A stretch of DNA of 64,000 bases from a virus: IMG/VR virus record IMGVR_UViG_3300045120_000498, positions 63,515-127,514 of that record; one strand, written 5' to 3'. This document shows positions 1-8,800 of this stretch, in pieces (within the stretch, counting starts at the first letter, position 1; the number at the start of each line of letters is the position of its first letter). Under the pieces are notes generated by a model. The model was not told the DNA's origin. It saw only the letters and a list, made by a program, of their open reading frames with translations, and searched no databases. Made by a program: the position numbers and the translations under genes.

Positions 1-203
1 TCCTCGACGCCTTCGCCGAGAAACAGCGCCTCGATGATCTTCGCGCGCAGGGTAGGCGACTCAGCCGCGCCGGTTTCAAGGTCGAGGCGCCGCGCTGTCT
101 CCGGCGGGATGCCGTCGTGACCGTTCTCGCAGACCGGCCCGTACTCGCCCATCGCGACGATCTTGCCGCCGCACACCTCGCAGACCGCCTCGGCCTCGCT
201 CAT
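1..203 (-). CDS. Small hypothetical protein with CxxC motif, runs off left edge
   Basis: ATG at 203 overlaps the stop of the upstream gene (ATGA) with GGGAGG SD; MSEAEAVCEVCGG... Confidence 0.65.
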   Translation of the reverse strand, partial: MSEAEAVCEVCGGKIVAMGEYGPVCENGHDGIPPETARRLDLETGAAESPTLRAKIIEALFLGEGVE

Positions 204-598
204 GCCAGCCCTCCCGGCATCGCGGGCACCGCGTGCTGCGCGAGCATCCCGGTGCGGAACGTCGTGGACGCCATCGCGCCGATGGTGTAGAAGCCGCCGT
301 CGAGCCAGCTTCGCGTCGTGAGCCAGTTCTTGAACGTGCGCTCGAACTCGCGCCGCGACATCTCGTAGGCCACGGCCGGGCGATCCGTCGGGTACGTCTC
401 GACGCGGAACCGCTCGTCGAGTTCCATCCGTTCGATCAGCCCGCGGTAGGCGGAGAAGTTCGCGTTCTCGTGCGCGAACACGATCCCACGTGCGGCCTCG
501 GCCGGGGTCGGGTTGCGCAGCGTGGTGCACGTGACGCGCGCCGGGTGCGGGCGCCGCAGAATGTCCGGCTCGTAGCTCATGCCAGCCCTCCCGGCATC
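198..598. repeat. 24-bp perfect direct repeat GCTCATGCCAGCCCTCCCGGCATC at 198-221 and 575-598
   Basis: Read directly; on the minus strand each copy carries SD + stop/start junction and encodes MPGGLA*. Confidence 0.9.
200..580 (-). CDS. Hypothetical protein (126 aa), flanked by 24-bp direct repeats
   Basis: Start MSYEPDIL with SD and ATGA coupling; C-terminal part of listed ORF 200..787. Confidence 0.7.
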   Translation of the reverse strand: MSYEPDILRRPHPARVTCTTLRNPTPAEAARGIVFAHENANFSAYRGLIERMELDERFRVETYPTDRPAVAYEMSRREFERTFKNWLTTRSWLDGGFYTIGAMASTTFRTGMLAQHAVPAMPGGLA

Positions 599-909
599 TG
601 CGCGGCGCCGTCCGGGTCGAACGTCGCGACCCACGCGCGGAGCAGGTCGATACCGCGCACGACAGCCTTGTGCTCGCCCCAGTTCAGGGTGATGAAGTCG
701 GTGCCCATCCCGGTGCCGGTCTGGACGCTGCCGACGGAGGACCCGTCGTCGCCCTCCAGGTCGAACATCTGCGCTCGGAACCCGCACGCGATGGACTCAA
801 TCGTGCTGATGTAGGCGTACGGCACGGCCAAGTCGGCGGTGCGCTGCTTCCCGAGCATCCCGCTCATCGTGGCCTGCTCGCCGTCACTGGTCTGTACCCT
901 CGCGTCCAC
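577..909 (-). CDS. Hypothetical protein (~110 aa)
   Basis: GTG start after GGAGAGGAG SD; phage-like composition. Confidence 0.65.
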   Translation of the reverse strand: MDARVQTSDGEQATMSGMLGKQRTADLAVPYAYISTIESIACGFRAQMFDLEGDDGSSVGSVQTGTGMGTDFITLNWGEHKAVVRGIDLLRAWVATFDPDGAAQMPGGLA

Positions 910-944
910 TCGTGCTCCTCTCCGCGGCCGTTGCCGCTGGTCGT

Positions 945-1023
945 TGGATGCCGCTGCCGGGAGTCGAACCCGGACGCCTGCCCACAGTGGAGTCGGGGCG
1001 AGCGCAGCCGATCTGACAGCGGT
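945..1023 (-). ncRNA. Degenerate tRNA-like element (Trp CCA-like loop) or tRNA-derived att-like core
   Basis: T-arm CCGGG-TTCGACT-CCCGG; acceptor stem ACCGCTG/CAGCGGC (6 of 7 bp); 3' A-TCCA; CT-CCA loop at tRNA spacing; D-arm poor. Confidence 0.5.
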
Positions 1024-1138
1024 GCCGGAGCCGACGTGGTTGACAGGGCTGGCTCCATGCCCTTCGGAGGAATGCCGGGGCGCGAAAGGTGAACGCACCG
1101 GCTTGTCGTTAGGCCACTCACGTCTAGGCCCGGCGCTC

Positions 1139-1339
1139 TCAGCCGTCTCCGGCCAGGCGCCTAATCTCGTTCGCGTACGACCGCCAGTAGTCGTGCAGGC
1201 TGTCGTTCAGCAGCTTCTCGGCCGCCTTGCGCAGGCTCCAGCGGCCGTCGCAGGGCGCCAGCGCCCAGTCTTCCCGGGCGTGCGTGATGCCGTCCTCGGG
1301 CAGCATCTTCGGCAGCGGCGTTACCGTCGCGGCGGTCAC
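1139..1339 (-). CDS. Small hypothetical protein
   Basis: GTG start coupled to upstream stop; C-terminal part of ORF 1139..1486. Confidence 0.55.
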   Translation of the reverse strand: MTAATVTPLPKMLPEDGITHAREDWALAPCDGRWSLRKAAEKLLNDSLHDYWRSYANEIRRLAGDG

Positions 1340-1596
1340 GGCGTGCCCTTCGCCTGCCGCGCCTGGAGCCGGTCGGCGAACTCGCGCATCACGAACTGCG
1401 CTTCGGCCGCGGGCATCTTCGGGGTGGTCGCCGTCCACGACGAGCCGCCGATGCTCTGCACCGCGATGGCCGTGCCGTAGTCCCACAGCCCGCTGTTGCC
1501 GGGCCTCTCGGCGTTCTTCATCCCCTGGTGGTAGGCGCCCTGGAGCGCGCGCATCTCGTCCGTGGTCGCGCTGTCGATGTGAATGGCGATCCTCAC
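1336..1596 (-). CDS. Small hypothetical protein
   Basis: GTG start overlapping upstream stop, SD GGAGAGGGG. Confidence 0.6.
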   Translation of the reverse strand: MRIAIHIDSATTDEMRALQGAYHQGMKNAERPGNSGLWDYGTAIAVQSIGGSSWTATTPKMPAAEAQFVMREFADRLQARQAKGTP

Positions 1597-1781
1597 TCGC
1601 CCGTCCCCTCTCCGCGGGTCGGAACCCGCAAGTCGATCAGTTCGATGCTCGCCGTCGGCCGTGGCGCGTGCTCGCCGCACGCCTCCCACGTCCGCCTGAT
1701 CCGGCGGCCGTGCGTCTCCATCACGAGCACGTCGGCCGGAGCGCCGCAGGTGACCCCGCGCGTGTGCCGCGCGCAGGTCAC
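1593..1781 (-). CDS. Small Cys/His-containing hypothetical protein
   Basis: Coupled GTG start; CxxH...C...CxxH pattern. Confidence 0.5.
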   Translation of the reverse strand: MTCARHTRGVTCGAPADVLVMETHGRRIRRTWEACGEHAPRPTASIELIDLRVPTRGEGTGE

Positions 1782-2083
1782 GCCAGCGTCTCCCGGGCGA
1801 TGCCGTGCGTGCGCCGGTGCGCAGCGTTGACCGCGCCCAGCACCTCGGCCGCCGTCAACTCGCGGTAGTCGGTGATGAACAGGTCCTCGCCGAAGGTGAG
1901 CAGGTAGTACCCGGCGTTCAGGCGCCCGTCCGTGCGGCTGTTCGTGATCCGCTCCGCGAGCGCGGCGTCGTCGGCCACGTAGGCCGTGACCGTGCCGGTG
2001 CCGGTGGTGCTGACGGTGAACTGGAATCGCTCGATCGCGTGGTCGAAGATCACGTTCAGCAGGTAGACGTTCTGGGTCGCCAT
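1778..2083 (-). CDS. Hypothetical protein, first gene after promoter cassette P1
   Basis: MATQNVY start after GAAAGGG SD. Confidence 0.75.
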   Translation of the reverse strand: MATQNVYLLNVIFDHAIERFQFTVSTTGTGTVTAYVADDAALAERITNSRTDGRLNAGYYLLTFGEDLFITDYRELTAAEVLGAVNAAHRRTHGIARETLA

Positions 2084-2094
2084 CTCGAACCGTC

Positions 2095-2147
2095 CCTTTC
2101 CGCGGGGTTCTCCCCGCACTCCAAGTGTAGCACACGTTGTGTGTATC
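2095..2147 (-). promoter_or_regulatory. Repeated promoter/operator/hairpin/SD cassette P1
   Basis: GATACACAC-AAC-GTGTG-C-TACACT then GCGGGG/CCCCGC hairpin and GGAAAGGG. Confidence 0.8.
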
Positions 2148-2158
2148 GCGCCGGTCGA

Positions 2159-2416
2159 TCAGCAGCGCGGTCGTGTCAGCCGATCCTCGATGTCGCGCAG
2201 CACCTCGGGCGCGACGTTCGGGTCGTCGTTTAGGGTGAGCACCTGCCCGTAGCCGGTGCCCAACTGGCCGAGCCACACGCCCGTCCAGCGCGCGTCCGCC
2301 GCGCACTGCACGCAGAAGTTCCCCCACGGCCCGAACGTCGTCTTCACGTCCACCCGTGCGTCGCCGCCGCACACGTCGCACGACGGCAGCTTCGCGACCT
2401 GCACCCACTCGCCCAT
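2159..2416 (-). CDS. Zinc-finger-like small phage protein
   Basis: CDVC...GPWGNFCVQC...GxGxGQ. Confidence 0.7.
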   Translation of the reverse strand: MGEWVQVAKLPSCDVCGGDARVDVKTTFGPWGNFCVQCAADARWTGVWLGQLGTGYGQVLTLNDDPNVAPEVLRDIEDRLTRPRC

Positions 2417-2616
2417 CACGAGCCTCCCACGATCATGCGGGGCGGCTCGACGCCGCAGCGGTAGTCGGCCGCGGCGTGCCACGGCTTCGAGTCGCAGTTC
2501 ACGCAGCGGACCTCGTAGTCGTCGCCACCGCCCATCGCGGCGAAGTGGTGCGTCGCGCGGTTCTCGGCGCGCTCCGCGTCGGTGCCGGTGAAGCGGACTG
2601 GCATGTCCATCGCCAT
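2416..2616 (-). CDS. Small hypothetical protein (CxxC)
   Basis: Coupled start MAMDMPV. Confidence 0.6.
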   Translation of the reverse strand: MAMDMPVRFTGTDAERAENRATHHFAAMGGGDDYEVRCVNCDSKPWHAAADYRCGVEPPRMIVGGS

Positions 2617-2834
2617 CAGACCTGGCCCTCCAGCACCATCTCCGCGACGACCTTGGCGAGCGTGCGGCGCGCCGTCATCAGTTCGCTGACCCCGGCGCGG
2701 ACGCCCGAGGCGCCGCTGGTGCCCTCGGCCTGCATCTCGGCGCGCACCGTCTCGACGTTCATGACCAGGTTGTCGAGCGCCGTGATCATGCCCTCCAGCC
2801 TCGCGATGTAGCAGTCGTTCGTAGCGTTCGTCAT
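2616..2834 (-). CDS. Small helical hypothetical protein after cassette P2
   Basis: MTNATND after GGAAAGG SD. Confidence 0.7.
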   Translation of the reverse strand: MTNATNDCYIARLEGMITALDNLVMNVETVRAEMQAEGTSGASGVRAGVSELMTARRTLAKVVAEMVLEGQV

Positions 2835-2845
2835 CTCCGAGCCGT

Positions 2846-2918
2846 CCTTTCCGCGGGACCCTTCCCGCACACGGAGCATAGCACATTCCGTGTGTATCGC
2901 GCCGCCAACGTGTGTATC
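2846..2918 (-). promoter_or_regulatory. Cassette P2 plus extra half-site
   Basis: GATACACAC-GGA-ATGTG-C-TATGCT (2875-2898), hairpin+SD; second GATACACAC at 2910-2918. Confidence 0.75.
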
Positions 2919-2978
2919 ATGGCGGCGCGGAGGTGGCCGCCGGGCCGGACCGCGAAGCCCGGACCCGGCGGCCCTCCC

Positions 2979-3185
2979 CTACTCAGCCTCGCGGATCACG
3001 ACCGTCCGTTCGTACTTGCGCGGCGAGTTCGTGTACCGCGCGACGTACGTCCCGGCGTGCGAGATGACCGCGAACTGGTACGTGCGCTCGGACATGCGCC
3101 GCCCGATCACGTCGCCCGCCGAGTTGCGGACGACGTGCAGGAACCGCTTGCCCTTCGGCTCGCGCGTGGCGGTGTAGACAGTCAT
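2979..3185 (-). CDS. Small basic hypothetical protein
   Basis: ORF with SD, coupled start. Confidence 0.65.
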   Translation of the reverse strand: MTVYTATREPKGKRFLHVVRNSAGDVIGRRMSERTYQFAVISHAGTYVARYTNSPRKYERTVVIREAE

Positions 3186-3481
3186 CGGTCGTCCCCTTTC
3201 CCTAGCGTTCGGTCAAGCTCGGCCTTCATCCGCTCCCACATGCCGGGCTGCGGCTCGCGGGAACGCTCGACCAGGATGTTGTCCGGGCCGCGCTCCAGCA
3301 CCGCCGCCCAGACCGTCTCGTCCTCGGGGTAGTCGGGCGTGTAGAACACGCACACGAGCTTGCTCCGCGGCGGCACCGTCACGGCCATCACCAGGTCGGT
3401 CGTGGTGCCCAGCACCTCGGCCACCTCGTGCATCGCCGGAGCGGTGCGGTCCACCCAGCGGACATCGGGGTCGCCGGTCAT
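3182..3481 (-). CDS. Hypothetical protein (99 aa)
   Basis: MTGDPDV start coupled to upstream stop. Confidence 0.6.
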   Translation of the reverse strand: MTGDPDVRWVDRTAPAMHEVAEVLGTTTDLVMAVTVPPRSKLVCVFYTPDYPEDETVWAAVLERGPDNILVERSREPQPGMWERMKAELDRTLGKGDDR

Positions 3482-3690
3482 ACCGTCGTCACCTTCCAGC
3501 ACTCGCCGTGCTCCGGGTGCGCCGCGATGTGCTGGACGCTGCCGGGCCACTGGTAGCCGAAGTCGTAGCCCAGCGCCGCCTGCCGCACGCGGGCGACGGC
3601 CTCCTCCTTGCCGCGCGCCTCGGCCTCGGCCGCGTCGTCGTAGTAGGCCCAGCCGACCTTGCAGCCGGACTCGGTGTGGATCAGCGCCAT
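3478..3690 (-). CDS. Small hypothetical protein after cassette P3
   Basis: MALIHTE; follows hairpin 3705-3726. Confidence 0.65.
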   Translation of the reverse strand: MALIHTESGCKVGWAYYDDAAEAEARGKEEAVARVRQAALGYDFGYQWPGSVQHIAAHPEHGECWKVTTV

Positions 3691-3704
3691 CTCCGTGCCT
3701 CGCT

Positions 3705-3831
3705 TCCCGCGGGGTCAGTCCCCGCCTCGGGTTTCCTGGAGCAGGGCGCGCCGCCGGTGGGAGATTGACGACCCCCGGATCAGGCGACGCAGCCTGCTCC
3801 AAACCGAAGTATAGCATACGGCGTGTGTATC
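3705..3831 (-). promoter_or_regulatory. Cassette P3
   Basis: GATACACAC-GCC-GTATG-C-TATACT (3808-3831); GCGGGG/CCCCGC hairpin downstream. Confidence 0.7.
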
Positions 3832-3860
3832 GCCTTCAGGCCCCGCCTGGCCTGGCGCCC

Positions 3861-4058
3861 TCAGTCAGTCGATTTTGGCCTCCGCAGGCCGTCACGCGCG
3901 ACGCTCGCGCGGACCATCGCCAACTGCCGCTCGGCGTCCCGCATCCGGGTCAGGTCGCCCGGGAACTCGCCCGTCCGGCGCAGCCGCTCCGCGTACGCCC
4001 GATGCGCGTCGGCCACCAGCCGGTGCGCCCGCTCTAGCGCCTCCAGGTCATCCGCCAC
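3861..4058 (-). CDS. Small coiled-coil hypothetical protein
   Basis: ORF track; tight packing. Confidence 0.55.
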   Translation of the reverse strand: MADDLEALERAHRLVADAHRAYAERLRRTGEFPGDLTRMRDAERQLAMVRASVARDGLRRPKSTD

Positions 4059-4260
4059 GCAAGCGCCTGATCCGCTTGCGGAACCGCCGCGCCCGCATCG
4101 ACTTCGCGCGTGCCCGCGCCTGCCGCTCGAACAGCCCCGTGCTCGGCGGCTGCGGCACCCTCGGATGCTGCGGGTGCACGAGCATCTTCCCTCGCCGCCG
4201 CCGGTACACGTCCGGACCGACCGGCCGCGGCCTCACGTCGCCTCCGGCCCGGCGCTCCAC
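4048..4260 (-). CDS. Small Arg-rich hypothetical protein
   Basis: Fills the gap between neighbours; start uncertain. Confidence 0.4.
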   Translation of the reverse strand: MERRAGGDVRPRPVGPDVYRRRRGKMLVHPQHPRVPQPPSTGLFERQARARAKSMRARRFRKRIRRLRGG

Positions 4261-4544
4261 GACTTGCCGTCGAACACGAACGCCAGGACGCCATCGACCG
4301 GCGTCAGCGGACCGGGCGCCATCGTCGGCTCGACGCCGCGCAGCCCGCGGTCGGCGAAGTACGCGCTGGCCTCCGGCGTCTCGGCCAGCGACTCGATGTC
4401 GCCACCCTCGATCAGCGCGGACACCTCGCTGTCCGACGTGTAGTGCTCTCGCAACACGTCCAGCGCGTCCTTGTCGTCGCGAAGGAAGACCGACCGGTAC
4501 AGGTCGTGCTCGGGGTCAACCAACTGGTACAGAATCGCGGTCAC
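4233..4544 (-). CDS. Hypothetical protein (103 aa)
   Basis: GTG start after GAGGGAG SD. Confidence 0.7.
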   Translation of the reverse strand: MTAILYQLVDPEHDLYRSVFLRDDKDALDVLREHYTSDSEVSALIEGGDIESLAETPEASAYFADRGLRGVEPTMAPGPLTPVDGVLAFVFDGKSWSAGPEAT

Positions 4545-4555
4545 GGTGTCTCCCT

Positions 4556-4603
4556 CGTCTCGGTGTGCCCCCGCGCTCGCCACCGAGACGTGCGAGCGCG
4601 GGG
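4556..4603 (-). promoter_or_regulatory. Two interleaved perfect inverted repeats (pseudoknot or switch) between ku and the next gene
   Basis: 10-bp stem 4556-65/4581-90 and 12-bp stem 4569-80/4592-4603. Confidence 0.55.
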
Positions 4604-4615
4604 ACGGGGGGAACT

Positions 4616-5455
4616 CTACGCCGACGCGGCGGCGCGCTTGCGCTTGTTCGCAGCGACCAGCGACGCCTCCAGCGCAGCCATCAGGTTGTCCGCCGCCTTC
4701 TTCGGAGCCGCGGACACCGGCGCCTTGTCGATGGGCTTCCCGGCCGCGGCCTTCGCGATCAACTCGACCCGGCGCTCGCGCACCTCGTCCGTGAGCGAGT
4801 CGATGGCATCGACCGGCTCGGTGTAGGTCGCCACGAGCGCGCGTGCTGCCTCCAGGTGGCGCTTGTCGGAGTCCAGCCCGGCGAGCGACCCCATCGCCTC
4901 GTCGATCTGCCGGAAGTCCTCAGCCCACGCCAGCGTGTTGACGATCAGCCCGTCGCCCTCCGGGTACACGACCGCGAGATGCTGGAGCGAGCGCGGCATC
5001 AGCTTGAACACGCCCGCCATCGCGCCACGCTTCTCGGCGCCCTTCGGGATCGGCTTCAGCGCGTCGAGCAGCAGCCGCAGCGCCGTCGGCGACGATCCCT
5101 TCGCGGGCATCAGGTAGTAGCTGTCGAGCACCCGCGCGCGCGAGATGTCGGCCAGCGGCACGAAGAACTCCACGTCGAACGAGTCGAGCTTCGTGGCCGC
5201 CTCGATGTTCGCGATGGCCTCGTCGGGGATCGGATAGAACGTCCCGTCCTCGTCGCGGAAGCCCTTCGCGATGTCGGCGGCTTCGAGTGTCTTGCCGGTG
5301 TCGGCGTCCACCTCGATCCGCTTCACCGCGGCGCCGCCTTCCTTGGCGCCCCGGTGGAAGTTCACCTCGCCCTTGGTCGTGATCTTGCGTAGCGCCACGG
5401 GCACGTGGAACGTGCCCCCGATGCTCAGTGTGCTGTTCCGCACGGTCGATGCCAT
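4616..5455 (-). CDS. ku: Ku (NHEJ DNA end-binding) protein
   Basis: Prokaryotic Ku core pattern: ...VPVALRK...VNFH...VDADTGKTLEAADIAKGF...FDVEFFVP...DSYYLMP...LLLDAL...LAVVYP...LIVNTLAWAEDFR, with basic C-tail. Confidence 0.9.
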   Translation of the reverse strand: MASTVRNSTLSIGGTFHVPVALRKITTKGEVNFHRGAKEGGAAVKRIEVDADTGKTLEAADIAKGFRDEDGTFYPIPDEAIANIEAATKLDSFDVEFFVPLADISRARVLDSYYLMPAKGSSPTALRLLLDALKPIPKGAEKRGAMAGVFKLMPRSLQHLAVVYPEGDGLIVNTLAWAEDFRQIDEAMGSLAGLDSDKRHLEAARALVATYTEPVDAIDSLTDEVRERRVELIAKAAAGKPIDKAPVSAAPKKAADNLMAALEASLVAANKRKRAAASA

Positions 5456-5461
5456 GCCGTC

Positions 5462-5517
5462 CCCTTTCCGCGGTCAGTTCCGCTATTGATCGGAGTCTAA
5501 CACACGTTGTGTGTATC
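5462..5517 (-). promoter_or_regulatory. Cassette P4 driving ku
   Basis: GATACACAC-AAC-GTGTG-T-TAGACT, hairpin, GGAAAGGGG SD. Confidence 0.8.
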
Positions 5518-5890
5518 AGGCGGCCCGGGTCACGTCCGGCAACACGAAGAACCTGCCGAGCGCCATCGTCTGCACCTCGCTCGTCACGATCACCTTCACC
5601 TGCGTGTCGTAGAAGTACCGGCCCGGGTCGAGCACCGCCGTCTCCCCGGCCGGGATCACCACGTCCACGACGTGGTTGTTCGGCGGCACTCGGATCGCCA
5701 TGTCGCCCGCGCCCATCCGCTTCCGGATCACCGCCTGCGAGTCCGGGTCGGCCGGGTCGATCTTCACCGTCAGCCACACCTCGTGCGTCGTGTCCGCAAT
5801 CGGGAACGGCTGCATCGTGCCGCTGTCGTCCGGCTTCGCGAGCACCAGCGTGATCGTCGCCGTGTCGCCTCGAAGCACCTCGATGTCCAC
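5516..5890 (-). CDS. BppU-N/LtfC-like Ig-fold fibre-associated protein (124 aa)
   Basis: VDIEVLRGDTATITL...VWLTVK...GRYFYDTQV...GRFFVLPDVTR; GTG overlaps stop of the giant ORF. Confidence 0.65.
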   Translation of the reverse strand: MDIEVLRGDTATITLVLAKPDDSGTMQPFPIADTTHEVWLTVKIDPADPDSQAVIRKRMGAGDMAIRVPPNNHVVDVVIPAGETAVLDPGRYFYDTQVKVIVTSEVQTMALGRFFVLPDVTRAA

Positions 5891-8800
5891 TACCGACCTC
5901 CCCTGCGCACCGTCACGGTCGTCCCCATCTGGGAGGCGCCGGTCTGCACCGAGACGCCCGCCTGGACGCCGCCGCTCACCGTAGCAATCGTGCCTCCGCC
6001 GTTGCCGTTCGCGCCGACTCCGGCCAGGACCCGCCCCTCGTCGTCGCTCACCGCGGCGACCACGCCGCCCACCCGGCTGACGATGGCCTCGACGGTCGGC
6101 GTGCCGAACGTCAGTGTGCTGGCGATCCCGTCCGCCTCGATGTGCGCCTCGGTCGCCATCAGCAGGTCGGACTGGGGCGAGAGCAGGCCCGCGTACGCCG
6201 TCGCCAGCGCCCGCCGGATCGCGCTCACCGGCGCGACCGCTCCGCCCAGCGCCTTCCCGGCGGACCGCTTCACCAGGCCGACCGGCGCCAGCGCGCCGCT
6301 GATCAGCAGCGGAACCGCGTGCGACACCGAGTCTGCGCCGGACAGCGGCAGCGCCGCCGTAAACCGCTTCGCGCTCGACTTGACCCGCGCCCCGGTCGGC
6401 GCCAGCGCCCCGGCCAGCGGCTTCCCAACCGACCGCCGCAATGGCGCGGTCAGCGCGAGCGCGCCCGACAAGGCCACCAGGAACGCGCGTGCCGTCGCCA
6501 GCGTCGCCGCAGGCGAGACGCTGCCCGTCATCCGCCGCGCCGTCTGCCGCGTCTCCGTACCCGCCGGAACGGTCGATCCGGTGTACCGGGTGGTCGTCGT
6601 GCGGATCACGATGCTCGTCGGCGTCGCCGAGCCGACCGTCCTCGGCGTGCTCGCACGACGCATGATCCCGATAGGGTTCAGCGCCGCCGACAGCGCGACC
6701 AGGTACGCCTTCGACGTAGCGAACGTACTGGCCGGAGTGATCGTGCCGGTCGCCTTCTTCGCCGTGTTGCGAGCCACCGCGCCGGTCGTGCCGACCGCGC
6801 CGGTCAGCGGCTTGCCGGTCGAGCGGAACAGGTTGCCGATGGGCGCCAGCGATCCGGCCAGCGCCCGCGTGGTCGAGAACCGCAGCGTCGCGGCCGGAGT
6901 GATCGTCCCGGTCAGCCTCCGCGCGAGCGACCTCGCGACCACACCCGCGGGCGCCACCGTGCCCACGAACGTGCGTGTGAGCTTCCGCGTCTCCGTCCCG
7001 GTCGGCGCGACCAGGGCCGACAGCGCCTTGCCGGTGTTGCGAGCGAGCGTGGCTGCCGGAGCGACGGTGCCGCCCATCGACAGCAGGAACCCGCGGATCG
7101 GCGTCACCGCTCCCGCCGGAGCCAGCGCGCCAGTCATCGTCTTCGTCATCGCGCGCTTCAGCGTCGCGGCTGGAGCGAGCGCCGCCGTCAGCGCCAGCGC
7201 GTAGGCGTGCGACATGGCCGTCACGCTGGCGGTCGGTGTGATCGCGCCGGTCGGCTTCTTGCCCGTCTGCCGCGTCTCCGTACCGGCCGACGTGATCGCG
7301 CCCGCCAGCGAGCGCGGGATCGACTTCGTGGCTACACCGGTCAGACCGAGCGCGGCCGTCAGCGTCCGAGCGAGCGCCCACCGCAGCGCCGACGTGCCCG
7401 GCGTGATCGACCCGCCGACGTTCTTCCGCGTCTGCTGGACGAGCGCCGACGGCCCCGGCGTGATCGCGCCCGCGAACGCCCGCACGAACGCCCGCGACGC
7501 AGCCAGCGTCCCAGCCGGAGTCAGCGTCCCGGCCACGCCGTGCGCGGTCGAGCGGGCCAGCGCACCGACCGACGTGATCGTCCCGGCCAGCGCGCGCGGG
7601 ATCGACTTCGTGAGCAGCCCGACGGGAGCCACCGCGCCCGCCGTCTTCTTGCCAGTCTGCCTTGTCTCGACCCCGGCCGGAGTGATCGTCCCGGCCATCG
7701 GGTGCGACGTGTTGCGAGCGACGACGCCGGTCGGCGAGAGCGTGCCCGCCGTGAGCTTGCCCATCGACCGCTTCTCCACGCCCGCCGACGTGATCGTCCC
7801 GGCCGCCGTCACCGCTCGCGTCAGCGTCCGCGCGAGCACGCCCGCCGACGTGACCGTGCCCGCCATCAGGTGCGTAGTCGAGCGCACCTCGGCGCCGGTG
7901 GGCGAGAGCGTGCCGCCCGGCGTGATCGGATAGGTCGTCGTCCCAGCGACCTTGTTCGCCGCCAGCGCGCCGGTCGGCGCCGTCGAGCCGGTCAGCGTCC
8001 GCGTGATCGAGTAGGCGTCCGCGCTCGGCCCCGGCGTGACCGTCCCGGTCAGCGTGCGTGCCCACTGCCGCGTCTCCACGCCAACGGGAGTGACCGCCGC
8101 GTCCGGAGCCACCCACCCAGTCCGGGCCGCCGTGGCGGACCCGCCGCGGAACACGTCCACCCGCGCGGTCGTGTCACCGAACTCGAACGCGAACCGGCCC
8201 GCCACCGGAGGGATCAGCGTGTTCGTCGCGGTCAGCACCAGCGACCAGCCGCCCGACCTGGTGAAGCGGTAGAAGTCAATCTTCGGGCCGACCTGCCGCA
8301 CGCCCACCGTATCGCCCGCCGCGAACGGAACCGCCGCGGATGCCAGCACGCCGGTGTCGGCCCCGCCCACGTTGCCGCGCAACTCCCACGTGAAGTTCGG
8401 CGACCCCTGCACGAGCCGCAGCGCGTACGCCGTGAACGTCGAGCCGGGGTTCGCGATGCCCCACCAGAACTTGACGTACGACGCCGCCGTCGGCAGCACC
8501 GGCACCTCGAACTGGTAGTCGAACGGCGGCGAGTGAGTGATCAGGCCGCGGACACCGCCGCTCGCTGCCCCCGCCGCCATCCGCAGCGCCGAGACGTTCA
8601 CGTTCGCGATCCCGTCGTTCGCCGAGACGGTGTTCCAAATCCCGGGGCCGCCAACGTCCACCGTGCCGTTCGCGCGGTCGAAGTCGTCCAGCGTCGTTGA
8701 CTTGGACGGATACCTGCCGACCCGCGTGTACGCCCCCGTCGGCCCGCCGCTCGTGAGCGTGCCAGTGAACGTCCGCGCCCACGACTTCGCGAGCGCACCG

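Noticed and set aside
945-1023. Canonical functional tRNA-Trp
   Set aside because: 1:72 mismatch, broken D-stem and weak anticodon stem; kept only as tRNA-like.
864-1121. 85-aa ORF across the structured region
   Set aside because: Composition unlike neighbouring genes; overlaps the RNA-like structure.
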